Shown in pieces: positions 37,390 to 48,702 of a stretch of 64,000 bases of DNA (the stretch's first letter is position 1; each line of letters starts with the position of its first letter). Source of the stretch: Camelus dromedarius (lineage: Eukaryota); NCBI RefSeq assembly GCF_036321535.1, contig NC_087436.1, positions 116,996,001-117,060,000 of the forward strand. The letters are read 5' to 3'. The notes under the pieces were generated by a model, which had not been told where the DNA came from, did not search any database, and saw nothing but the letters and a program-made list of their open reading frames with translations. The position numbers were made by a program, and so were the translations under genes.

Positions 37390-40300
37390 TCTCCTGAACT
37401 GTAGTTTCTAAGGCTCCAGATAAGCAGTACCAAGGTTTCCAAGAACAAAGTTTTAATCAAGTCACTTGATGAGTGCCTTGATAATGACTGATAGGCTTTA
37501 TGTGGTATCAGAAACAGAAGCCAGTGGCTGAACTCTACCAGACACAAGTATGGTGCCTACTGTCCTCCATCATCTCCTCGGTGGCTTTGGGTCATGGGGA
37601 TAAATCCTCTTGGTCCAAACCTCCCATCTTGCTCAAGGCTCTACACTTTATTTGGATGTCCTCTGTTGCCAACTATCTGAAAGGGGAAGTCACCTTGGTG
37701 ACTACTCAGCTATAGGGAGTCTGTTCTTAGGGCACCATCGAAGGGCAACTGCTGTGCAGAACTCTGGCTCATTTTCTGTTTAAAACATCAGGCCCTCCTC
37801 TTCTCAATTTGTTAAGTTGGACTAAAATCACCCATGACAACTTGAAACTGTTGGCCCCCTTGCCACTCATTTGAGATTCCTGAGTTTATTTGGATGCTCA
37901 AGAGAAAAGCTATGGAACAAGAATGTGAAGCATATTTCAATTGGTATTTTGAAGCCTCCAAACGTAATAGTGAATCCACTATTGCTTCCCTCAGAGAAAC
38001 AAACTGGCAATTATCTCAAGACTTTCAAATTGGAACAATCCTGAGGCTTCCAAGAGCACTCTCCCTGGCTCCCTCTGCCCCTTCCTGCTCCTCTGAGTGT
38101 CCACAATGCTCTCCTCGCTGTCTTTCTAAACTTCATTTTATAATACCAAGTCTGATCTCCCGACAGCAGGCTAGCCATACTGCCCTCCCTTAACATCAGC
38201 CCCTTTTAAAGCCAGGTCCAGTGAGGACAGCATCTAAACAATCACATATATCCCTTGGACTAATTATATGCATAGCTAAGGGCTTTCCCAGTGTTAGAGG
38301 ATTCCACTGAGTGTCCGAGATAATTTGATCTTCTCACTGAAACAGCGTGGCTACTCAGATTCATATCAACAACTACATCTGCTTGTAGGAGGGCTTATGT
38401 CTAGAGAAGGAATGGAGACTATTGCTTGGAATAATCCTACTGATGATTTTTCTAGAGTAGGCACAAGGGGACAAGCAGATGTTCAAAAGTTGGCTAAAGG
38501 TCTCTCACTTCTCAATAACTATTTCCTAAGTGTATTAACTGGTACATTATTCAACTGTGCATGAGCCTCACAAAAGTATATGACTATGGTATTTTGAAAT
38601 TTTTTCAAAGTTCTGACATTAAAACCCTGACAGATGAAACTGCCAGTCTATTTAACTCTACCTTTCTGGCAGGATTACAAGATTCCTTAAGTATCTTAGT
38701 TAAACAACATTCCTTAACGTGGATTATGCTGAGACCCCATGAATTTGCTACTCTAGCTAAACAGCTTTCTCAGACTCTGACAGAAATCTCCAAAGAGAAA
38801 GCTACCAGAGCCATGGATTCTCAGATCCAAGTGGCTCAGACTCAAACCTTCAAATGAAATAACTGTCCATCAAACCAAGATTTCAAGCCTTACTTGGTAC
38901 TCCAAGGGTGTATGCTCCTATTGCAAGAAACCAGGATGCTTCAGGACAGCCTTCATCTGCTGTAAGAATTGGCATATAAAGGACACAAAAGAAAGGCTTC
39001 AGTTTTGTAAAATGCAAGTGAAATATTTAGGATATTTAATATTCAAACAGAGTGGTACTATTAGACCCTAACCACACTTGAGGTATCCTGTCTTTCTCTC
39101 CCTAAAACCAAGAGATAATTGAAAGGATTTTTTAGGATTAACAGATTGCTATAGAAGTTAGGTTCCAAATTTCTTTATTACAACTCAGCCTTTATACAGA
39201 GGCTTTAAGGCTGACCAAGTAGAGGCCTTAGACTGGACAGAGGAATCTGAAACTGGATTTAAAAGGATCAAGGATAGCTTCTATGGCCCACTTGCTGCTT
39301 TAGGACACCCCAGTTATAAATTGCCTTTCCTCATCTTCGTACATGAAAGAAGGAAACACTAGGAGTCTTAGCCCAATGACATGGACAGAAACATATTGGA
39401 TATCATGGTCAGTTAGATCCAGTGGTCAAAGAGCTCTCTCTCTACATGCAAGCAATCATGACCACAGCAAACATACACTGTTAAGGAAATTGTCATGGGC
39501 TCCCCACTGACAGTATGCATTCTCCATTCAGTGGAAGCCCTACTTAATTCTCATACTCAATGTCTACCAGCAGACTGACCTCTTATGAAACCCTTTTGCT
39601 GCCCTCTCCAAATGTAATTACTGCTCACTCTGACATGTTGAATCCTGCTACTCTTCTTTCTTCCATATGACGGAACTCCTTATGACTGCTTGGCACTGAC
39701 CAATCAATTGCTAACTCCCCATATAAATTTACAGGAGACCCCCCTGGATAATGCAGAAATAATCTGGTTTACTGATGGGTCACATATGGGACTGGACATA
39801 CAGCTGGATATGCTATAGTGTCTTTAACTCCACCTGTAGTAGCTGAATCTTTACTGGAGGCCACCCCTGCTCAGGAAGCAGAGCTTCTGCTCTAGCTTGG
39901 GCTTGCTTTTTAGCCAAAGACAAAACAACTAACATACATCCTGATAGTGGAGATGTCTTTGGTGTAGGTCATGACCTGGGGATGCTCTGGAAACAAGGGT
40001 TTCTTGACCTCTCTTGGGAAGAAGATTAAAAACATTATGTTTTAAGCTTTATGGATTCCATCTAGATGCCTAAATCTTTTGTTTGTTTCAAAAACTTCTG
40101 GGCATTCTCTGAAAAACATGGAGGAAAGCAAAGGATATCAATTGACTGATGCTGCTGTTAAGTCTAAAGCCCTCCAAATTCCTGTTAGATTTGACCCTAA
40201 TCCCATTGCCTCTTAAGGTTATTGGAGTCATAAAGGAAATTTACAGAGGCTCAACAGTTGGCTATACAACATGACGTAGAAATGGGTAGAACAAAGTTGC

Positions 40301-42780
40301 AGGTTTGATTTTAAAAGGAGCCTATGGGAATAATAGAGGCTGTAAATAGCAGCAGAGAATACTTTAAAAACGGAAATAGAAACTATAAAGAGGAGCCAAT
40401 TAAGAATGGAAAACTCAATGGTTGAGACAATAGCTGAGCTAAGGGCAATCAAAAGGAGACCAGATAATGCAGAAGAATGAATAAGTAACTTAGAAGACAG
40501 GATAACAGAAGTCATCCAATCACAACAGCAGACAGAAAAGCAAGTAAAAACCAATGAAAGCAATATAAGGGACCTAGGGGATAATGCCAACCTATGCATA
40601 ATAGGGGTCCCAGAAGGAGAAGAAAGAGAAAAGGGAACTGAAAAGGTATTTGAAGAAATCATGACTGAAAACTTTCCAAACTTAAAGAAGGAAATAGATA
40701 TCCAAGTGCAGGAAGCACAGAGGGTCCCAAACAGGAAGAACCCTAATAGACCTCACCAAGACATATTATAATTAAGATGGCCAAAGTTAAAGATAAAGAA
40801 ATTATTCTAAAGGCAGCAAGAGAAAAACAAAGAGTTAGTTACAGGGGAATCCCCAAAAGGCTTTCAGCTGATTTTTCTACACAAACATTGCAGGCCAGAG
40901 GGATTGGCAAGATATATTCAAAGTCATGAATGAGAAAAAGCTGCAACCTAGGATTCTCTATCCAGCAAGACTATCCTTCAGAGTAGAAGGAGAGATAAAG
41001 AATTTCACAGACAAGCAAAAACTAGAAGAGTTCAGCAATACTAAACCTATGCTAAACGAAATGTTGAAAGGTCTACTCTAAATAGAAAAGCAGGAAGCCA
41101 CTGAAATGAGAAAACCATAATTAGAAATGTAATAACTACAATGAGTTGCAAGAGAATAAACATAAAGATGTTTAGGAAAAAAAAAATCAAAATCCTCAAA
41201 GGTGGGAAAGGGGAGCAACAAAATATAGATTTTTTTTCTCTCACTCTTTTCCTTCATTCTTTTTAGGATGTGTTTGAGCCTACATGACTACCAGTCTAAA
41301 GCAAACAGATATAGTAAGGGATTAACATACTTGAAAAACAAGGTAACCACAAGTCAAAAGTATACAATAGAGTCACAAAAGCCACAATGAAACCAAGCTA
41401 ATACAAAAGAAAATTATCAAACCAGTAAAATACTATATGATAGCACGTATATGTGGAATCTTAAAACAAACAAACAAACAAACAAACTTATTTACAAAAC
41501 AGAAACAGACTTACAGACAGAAAACAAACTTATGGTTACTGGGGTGAGGAATAGGGTAGGAAGGGATAAATTGGGAGTTTGAGATTTGTAGATACTAATA
41601 TATATAAAATAGATAAACAAGTTCATACTGTATAGCACAGGGAACTATATTCAGTATCTTGTAGTAACCTACGGTGAAAAAGAATATGAAAACAAATCTA
41701 TGTACGTTCACGTATGACTGAAGCACCAGAAATTGACACAACATTGTACACAGACTATACTTCAATAAAAATGAAAAAATAAATAAAAGGAGCCTATGGG
41801 GTTCAGTCCTAATGGCCAACCTGTTCTCCCTGATTGCCTAGAAGAACAAATCTTGAATTACACACAGAAATTAACTCATTGGAATACTGACAAAATGGTA
41901 TCTTGGGGAAAGCAATACCATTGGAAACCATCCCCAAAGATGGCCCCCTGGGTATCAGAGATGTCAAATTTATTCTAAGTATAACCTAGAAAAGCCTCTT
42001 CACACAACTACGGGACATTTTCCTCTTCCCTCACGGCCCTTGGAGATATGGCAAATGGACTTCATCCAGTTATCTTCTTCTCAAGGGTATAAATATGTTC
42101 TGGTAATGATTTTTTGTGTTCTTACTAGTAAAAGCATTTCCATGTCACAGAGCTACAGCCACACCAGTTAGTAAAGTATTGTTAGAAAAAATCATCCCAA
42201 CTTGGGGAATTTCCTCTGAACTACATAGGGCAGAGGCTCCCACTTTACAGAACAAGTTTTACTCTGTCTGTAACACTGGGCCAGTTATGCAACATTTTCC
42301 TGTGCTTACCATCCCTAGTCTTCTGGATTGGTAGAACACACTAAGGGAATAATTAGAACTCAGTTGGCAAAATTAGTTGAATTGTTTAAGCTACCTTGGC
42401 CCAAAGTATTGTCTTTGGTTATGCTCAGTCTAAGATCCACTCCCTCAGAAGAAAATAGATTGTCACCATTTGTCACAATTTGACATTGTTACTCGCAGAT
42501 CCATGAGACTAAATGAATATATGAACCTGCTATTATTACAGGAGAGCTCACCTATTGCCAAGAATTAACTAAAGCACTTGAAATGCAAAGCTTGTCAAGC
42601 AGCATTGTCACAGTGCATTCCTGGGAGATGAAGACCTCACATGACCTACAACCTGGTGAGTATGTCTTGGAAACACCTTGGCAAATATGCCCTCCAACCT
42701 CTTTGTGGAGGTAATCTTACTAGATACTGTTAACTAATCCTTGCACCACTATACTTAAGGGTGTCGACTCATGGGGAGTC
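37390..42780 (+). mobile_element. Decayed class I ERV gag-pol, interrupted by an L1-derived insert
   Basis: Gag ORF 38561-38857, zinc-knuckle start CSYCKKPG (~38913), RT tail QFCKMQVKYLGYL (~39000), RNase H WFTDGS (~39765), integrase WQMDFIQL (~42049) and EKIIPTWGI; many stops and frameshifts. Confidence 0.9.
40329..41784 (+). mobile_element. ORF1-only L1 insertion (HAL1-like or internally deleted L1)
   Basis: ORF1 peptide ...NLCIIGVPEGEEREKG...MLKGLL* (stop 41079-41081), spacer, then L1 3' end from ~41425; 16-bp TSD AAAAGGAGCCTATGGG at 40313-40328 and 41785-41800. Confidence 0.92.
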
Positions 42781-45389
42781 TGACCCAACATGCCCTGCCT
42801 CCCCATAATGCAAGACCTATGGAGGACAATTCCCCACTGACCTGGAATGATTTAAGCATCATTCTCGTGTGCCAGGGATGAGTGAAAAAATAATAGGAGG
42901 ATGTTAATTCCCTGCAAGAGCTATACATACAGGGAAGATATCCAGACGTTTAGAAAAGCTCTGATCTTTTACAAAATAATCACAGCCATAACAGAAGATG
43001 TGTGATGATCAAATATTTCCCAAAGCTGAGCAAGCAAGGTGTTAAAAATAAAAAAGACATGAGAACATGGGTCCCTCTTTCAGGGAGGTAGACTAACATG
43101 TGAGTTATTCCCTAGATTAAAGTGAAGCTACAAAATGTGACAGCCTCAATTTAAAGAGGACTGAAGCTTGAAGACATTTGGAGAAATGAAAAATTGTGCC
43201 AACTTCTTAGAAACTGAGTGCCTCCCATAACGCCTATTCTCTCAAGTGTCACCAGGCTGTGTTTAATGCCAAAATAAAACTTCATCAGAACACTTAGGAA
43301 GTTGCCATCTTTTACTTTGGTCATGGGACATTTATCCAACAATTCACTTTACTCCCAGCCTGGTCCATCACCAGCAAATCAGAGGCCAGCCAAAGGCTGT
43401 CCTCTCCTTCTCTGCAAAAATCCTGTGTATCTCCAACTCCCATGAGTGGGCTTTTTGCTCAGTTCCCACACCCCCTACATCTGCCAGCACCCCTCACCCA
43501 GGCACATCTATTTCATTTTGGCCCTGAGTTTGGTCTGGGACACTGTAGGGCCCTTGATCAGCCCACAAGTAACAGCATATATTTAGGGCATAAATATCCA
43601 ATGGCCACCTGTTCCAGCACCATGGGTCCTATTTTTCCATCTGGTCCTTCCAGCATGGGCAAAGATCTCAGGGATCAATATGAGTCAGGCATTAGGGATT
43701 TCTAATTTATGCCATGAGACTTCTGGTTGATGGACAATACCTAGAAATTTGAGCAGAATGGCTGCAGAAACAGTGGCCAGTGTTAGATATCAGACTTCTT
43801 TTGTATAATTAACTACTTCCCTAAGACATCAACCAAGAATTGAGAATTTAAGTCTATCAATTTCTTGAGTGGTCAGAAGTCATCCAAGGATGGCTATCAG
43901 CAGCAAGGTGGTTATGGTTAGGGGCAGTCATTCATGCCACCTCCAGGGATACACCTCACAAAGACAACGGGAGAGACATGTTTCTCATTCAGCATCCTCC
44001 CATCCAAGCTAAATGTGACTGGAAAGCATTCCAAATGAGGACACAGGTCAGATTCAGATACTTAAATGCTAAGAATTTATGTGCTAAGGACTAACATCGA
44101 CATATACAACATGGGGACATGAAGACTTTGAACTGTAAGTTACAGGAACACAACTCAAGAGTTGAAAAGGGAGTCCCCAAAGTGGAAGAGGATACAGTTG
44201 GGAATAAGAAGTCTTATGAGCTAAATTTAGGGAAAATTTCGAAGGAGATAGAGCTGATCCTCTTGGGGAAATCCCCCACCTCTGACCAAAGCCATCCAAA
44301 CTCTCCCCACTTTCTGGAATCAAAGGAAACTTCAATTTGTCAGCATTCAACACTCCACCCATTGTCAGACCAGTGGGCACCTACTCGTCTTCCTAGGAAA
44401 GGCCTAGTTCAGCAGTCCTCAACTAGGGGTAATTTTGCCCCTAAACAAGCTGCTGGTTTTTTCTCCAATTATGTCACTTTAATGCAACGACACCAAAGAC
44501 ACAAGAGATGTTCCTGTTCTTTGTACAACACATCCATTTACAGAATTGGCCCCTACTGTATACAGTAAGCATGTGATAAAACACTAGAGGTACATGGAGC
44601 TTACTTACAGAAGCCAAGAAGTTCACTTTACACATCCAAGGATCAAGCATTAAGAATATAAAGGTACACTGCTTTGAAATGTAAACCAACTTTCACATCC
44701 ATAGGCGCATGGAGATGCCCATTCCCATGCAGTCCAAGGTGACAGAATGTCAAGCAGAGGGATTCACGGACCAAATGTCTCAATCTCTGACTTAAAAGGC
44801 CCACCGGTGTCATTTCAAAAGGAAAAACAATCCTATACCCAGTTCCATTGTCCAAGTAAGTCTACTCAAGGATCTCAAATTTCCTGTGGGCCAGTCGATT
44901 GTACTGAGACAAGAAAGTTCCAAGCCTGCTTCAGCAACGGAACCAAAGATCAGACTGATTCCATCAACTGGCAAATGACTGAACTGTGACCTGAGGTCAG
45001 TAGGTGCTTGAATCTCTTGGTGAGCACCTCAGAGTCATTTCAGTCCTGTGCCAACTTCTATCCCAACCAGCAACTCCCCAGAGTAGCAGAAGGAAAGATG
45101 GCAGGGAGGGAGCAGTGGAAGATTGACTCAGTTCAAGTAGGTTAGTTCCCTTGGTGGAGATCACAACCTTCTAGCCTCAGTTTCAAGTTCCTCTGGGTGC
45201 CAGGCTCTGTGCTTGACCAAGGCCAGCCAGCCTTGGTCAGCTCAAGTTTCTGCCCTGCAAGAAATCTCTCCAGCAAGACCAGAAGGGTCAGTAAGTTGAC
45301 AGAGGGGCTTTAGCGCTCTAAATTTTAGAGAGGGGAAAGAGTGTTCTTGACTAGAGACAGGATCCATTCTATCAATGATATTACAATGG

Positions 45390-45540
45390 AAGGAGAGGTT
45401 TTCAGTTGTCATTAATCTGTGGAATGGAGCTAATGGCTTTAAGAGATCAGCGATACTGCTAAAAATCCTGTGGTGTAACAGCAGTTCCCCACAAAGAATC
45501 ATCCAACCTAAAATGCCAACAATACTGAAGTTGGGAAACA
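45390..45540 (+). mobile_element. MER20-like hAT MITE remnant
   Basis: CTGCTAAAAATCCT...CCCCACAAAGAATCATCCAACCTAAAATGCCAACAATACTGAAGTTGGGAAAC resembles the MER20 3' half. Confidence 0.65.
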
Positions 45541-47309
45541 TTAACGAGCTGGTGCTCTTAGAAGAGAAAATCTGACCAGTCTGCTGCCTTTGATATCTGT
45601 TTAGAAGCACAGGTAAAACCTTTAGGATTTGAGTATTCATGACCTGAAGCAGCCCACAAGGATAAACCCAACCCAAATTGTTAGAGCTTGTTTCCTAGAG
45701 TGGAGAGATAGCTCTTTGACATTCTTCCAAAGACCCTTCATCTGCTATGCATTGCTTCCTTCAAGAGTGTGCCTGATAACATTGAACACAAGTTGGCTTT
45801 TCCCCATTTCCCTTTGGTGACATTTATGCTACAGAGGCCATCTGGTGTCAAGACACGACTAGGAGACCAACTCACCCATTACTTTCTCCTGAACATCAAA
45901 TCAGACGTGTTGGGTGCAGACCTCAGATCCCAAGACAGCAAGCTCTGCAGTCCTGACTAGGTTCTTTTTGTGCTAGGCTTTCTGTCCATTTTCTGCTTTC
46001 CTTCTTCAAATTAGCAACAGAGCAGCACAGACAAGAGCCTTATAGGCACAAATTCTAAGCTTCCACAGACTGGGAGACCTGTGAAATCAATACACCTTGA
46101 TTTCAATGGTGATTAGCAAACCAATTCTTCTTCCTTCACACAAGGAACCCTCAAGATGTGCACTGGGCCCTGACATTTTGGCAGTGGGGGACACTTTTGC
46201 AGCCTCCACATTTCTGATGCCCTGAAAATTTTGTAGGCAGGGAGCATTCCACAACTAAAAGGGTTCCAAGTGGAGCTTCACTGGTCAACATGGATCAAGG
46301 TTACAAGACCATTGTTTGAGGTAGATGGACAGAATCTAAAGCTAAAAATGTCCCCTTTGTGCCTGATAAGGTTCAAAGATACTTTATGCCTAAAGGAGCT
46401 GCATTTCATTCCTCTTCATTCAATAGTTGACATCCTTGCTCATCCAGTGCCTGCCCCTGATGGAGGCCATGGAGCTGCATTGCAGCACATGCTAGAGACC
46501 ACTCCCTGTGCACCTAACAAGAGATGGTTCTCAGTAGCGACCTCAAGTCTTGTCAAGTCCTTGACCTCCTACAGCGGAGAACTTCAGGCCCCTGGAGTAT
46601 CTAAAATTAAAAGTGTGCTTACAGTGTTTAGCCCAATGCCTTCCAGCCCTCAGTTGCTTCCCCCCCTCCACCACCATCTTATCAGCCTTCCTTTCAGTCC
46701 CTCTAATGTCAATTCTTATGAGCTTCTGCCACACTTAAGAATGAAGCTGAAGGTGTGAGGTACCCAGCCCTACCAAGGGAGCTTTTCATGTTGGAGGGAG
46801 GCAGCCAAGATAGCAATATCCAGACATATATACACTAGATCTGGTGGCCTGAGGCAGGTGGCCTAATACTGTACATGGCCATGAAAATATTCCATATTCC
46901 AAATGAGGTCCAGAGAGCTGGGGTGAGGAAGACAGGGCCCATCACTGTTTACGTCCTCCACAAAAACTGTATTCCCAGAGGAAAACTAAGATATTGAGAT
47001 GTCCTGATCTGCCATCACCTGCCTCAGGACCAAACCAGGCACTCTGGCCACTTCAGTGTCATTGTACCATGCACATTTCCTGATCCCTGGAAGCCTATAG
47101 AAGTGACATGGGCTACAGCAGCACATGAGATGATCCAGAGAAGAATTTATGAAACCACAGTCCTAGAAACCTTCCCTGTACCTTGCATTGGTACATGCAG
47201 TGTGAGTAGGACATCCTAGGTACTATGTGAGGTCTGAGTGTGGAAGTCTACTGGGCTTTTGATTATGCTTTGGGAAAAACAATATCCTGGTGATTTCAGG
47301 AGATTAGTA

Positions 47310-47521
47310 TGGTTGACCCTTGAACAGTGCGGGGTAGGGCACCAACCCCCATGCAGTCAAAAACCCACGTATAACTTTACAGTCGGCCCAGCACATTTAC
47401 GGCTCTGTATCTGTGAATTCAAACAGCTGATCCTGTAGTACTGTAGTGCGTATTTACAGGAAAAAAATTGCACATAAAGAGACCCACACAGTTCAAACCC
47501 ATGTTGTTTAAGGGTCAACTG
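47310..47521. mobile_element. Tigger2-family MITE (TcMar-Tigger)
   Basis: Terminal inverted repeats GTTGACCCTTGAACA...TGTTTAAGGGTCAACTG flanked by TA dinucleotides. Confidence 0.85.
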
Positions 47522-47601
47522 TATATAGGAAAGTCAGGTTGCACATTTTCCTGATTTTTAGCACTTGGCTCAGTTTCTCCAGAAAAAAAGTCTTTAGAAC
47601 T

Positions 47602-47937
47602 TGTGATGGTCAATTTCATTTGTCAACTTATCCAGGAGACAGTTTCCACTTATTTCAGACACTAGTGTCTCAAAAGTATTGTGTGATACGTCCAAAATCA
47701 GTTGGTTTTAAGTATGGGACATAATCCTAGATAATGTGGGTGCACCTGGTCCCATCACCTCGAAGGCCTGAGGAGCCAATTAGGGGCTTTCCTGATGAAG
47801 AAATGCCCCTTGTGCACTGCAGCCTCAATTCCTGCCTAAGACTTCCAGACTGTACTTCCTAACTGGCTGCCCTACGGGTTTTAGGTTTGGCAAGCCATCC
47901 CCACAATCACGTGAGTCAACGCCTTGTAATGAATCTC
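47602..47937 (+). mobile_element. MLT2-like (ERVL) LTR fragment
   Basis: Starts TGTGATGGTCAATTTCATTTGTCAACTT; ends CCCCACAATCACGTGAGTCAAC...AATGAATCTC. Confidence 0.75.
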
Positions 47938-48539
47938 CTGGGGTTTTTTATTATTATTATATTTTAAGAGAAACTGAATTCTAACTCAACTCCTGAGAGT
48001 CATCAGAAGCCTTCTGATGATGGTTTTGGCCCCAGGAGCACATGGTTCAAACATGGCCCCTTAGGTCACCTACAAAGATTGAAGCCACTGCCAACATCAA
48101 CAGCACATGCTAGTTTCTCACTCAGCATCCACCCAGATAAACTAAGCATGATCCAGAGTGTGTCTGACATGAATATATAAGGGTTATTCAGATTCAGGCC
48201 TGAGTAGCAAGAATCTTGCACTGGGGTGTGTGCAATAAAGAAGAAAGATACCATGTTTAGCTTCAAGTTTCACAAAAGAATCAAGTGATGAAGAGGATTC
48301 CTCAAAGTGAGAGTAGAGAATGAAACAAACACATGCCAGGCTGTAGGAGCTAAATTGATGAGATCTATCCAAGGAGGAAGAGTTGGCTTCGGTGGGGGGA
48401 GTATCCTGTCCTCTCTCCAGAATATTCTCCCTCCTTTCTGAGCTCATGAGAGAAATAGAGCATCCAGGCCTCTATCCACCAAGGCCCCATGGGAGAAGAG
48501 CTGCAAGTTGCCCTCAGGTACTCCTTGAAGGACTGAGCT

Positions 48540-48702
48540 CATTGATTCAGCCAGGAGACATTTTGCTCCCAAGTATAGCTGTGTCGAGACATTTGTCACA
48601 GTAGACAAATGCTGTTCAACATCCTACAGTGCACGGGACAGCCCCCGACAATGGAGACTCATCCAGCCAGAGACATCCATACGAATGAGGTTAGAAAGTC
48701 CT
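48540..48702 (+). mobile_element. MER20-like hAT MITE remnant
   Basis: AACATCCTACAGTGCACGGGACAGCCCCCGACAA...GAGGTTAGAAAGTCCTG. Confidence 0.7.

Larger units (their letters stand above)
31251..38683 (+). repeat. Tandem segmental duplication, copy 3
   Basis: Collinear with 3608-9690 and with 1-3607. Confidence 0.9.

Noticed and set aside
40228..40662. 144-aa hydrophobic minus-strand ORF
   Set aside because: Antisense shadow of L1 ORF1; the same applies to 53281-53730 opposite ORF2.
43300..43790. Possible env remnant downstream of the integrase
   Set aside because: Only a vague TM-like phrase (RNLSRMAAETVASV); no furin site, immunosuppressive domain or CX6CC visible.
46270..46758. Longest ORF in the track (162 aa)
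   Set aside because: Starts at GTG, no recognisable motif or exon structure; length expected by chance in 64 kb.
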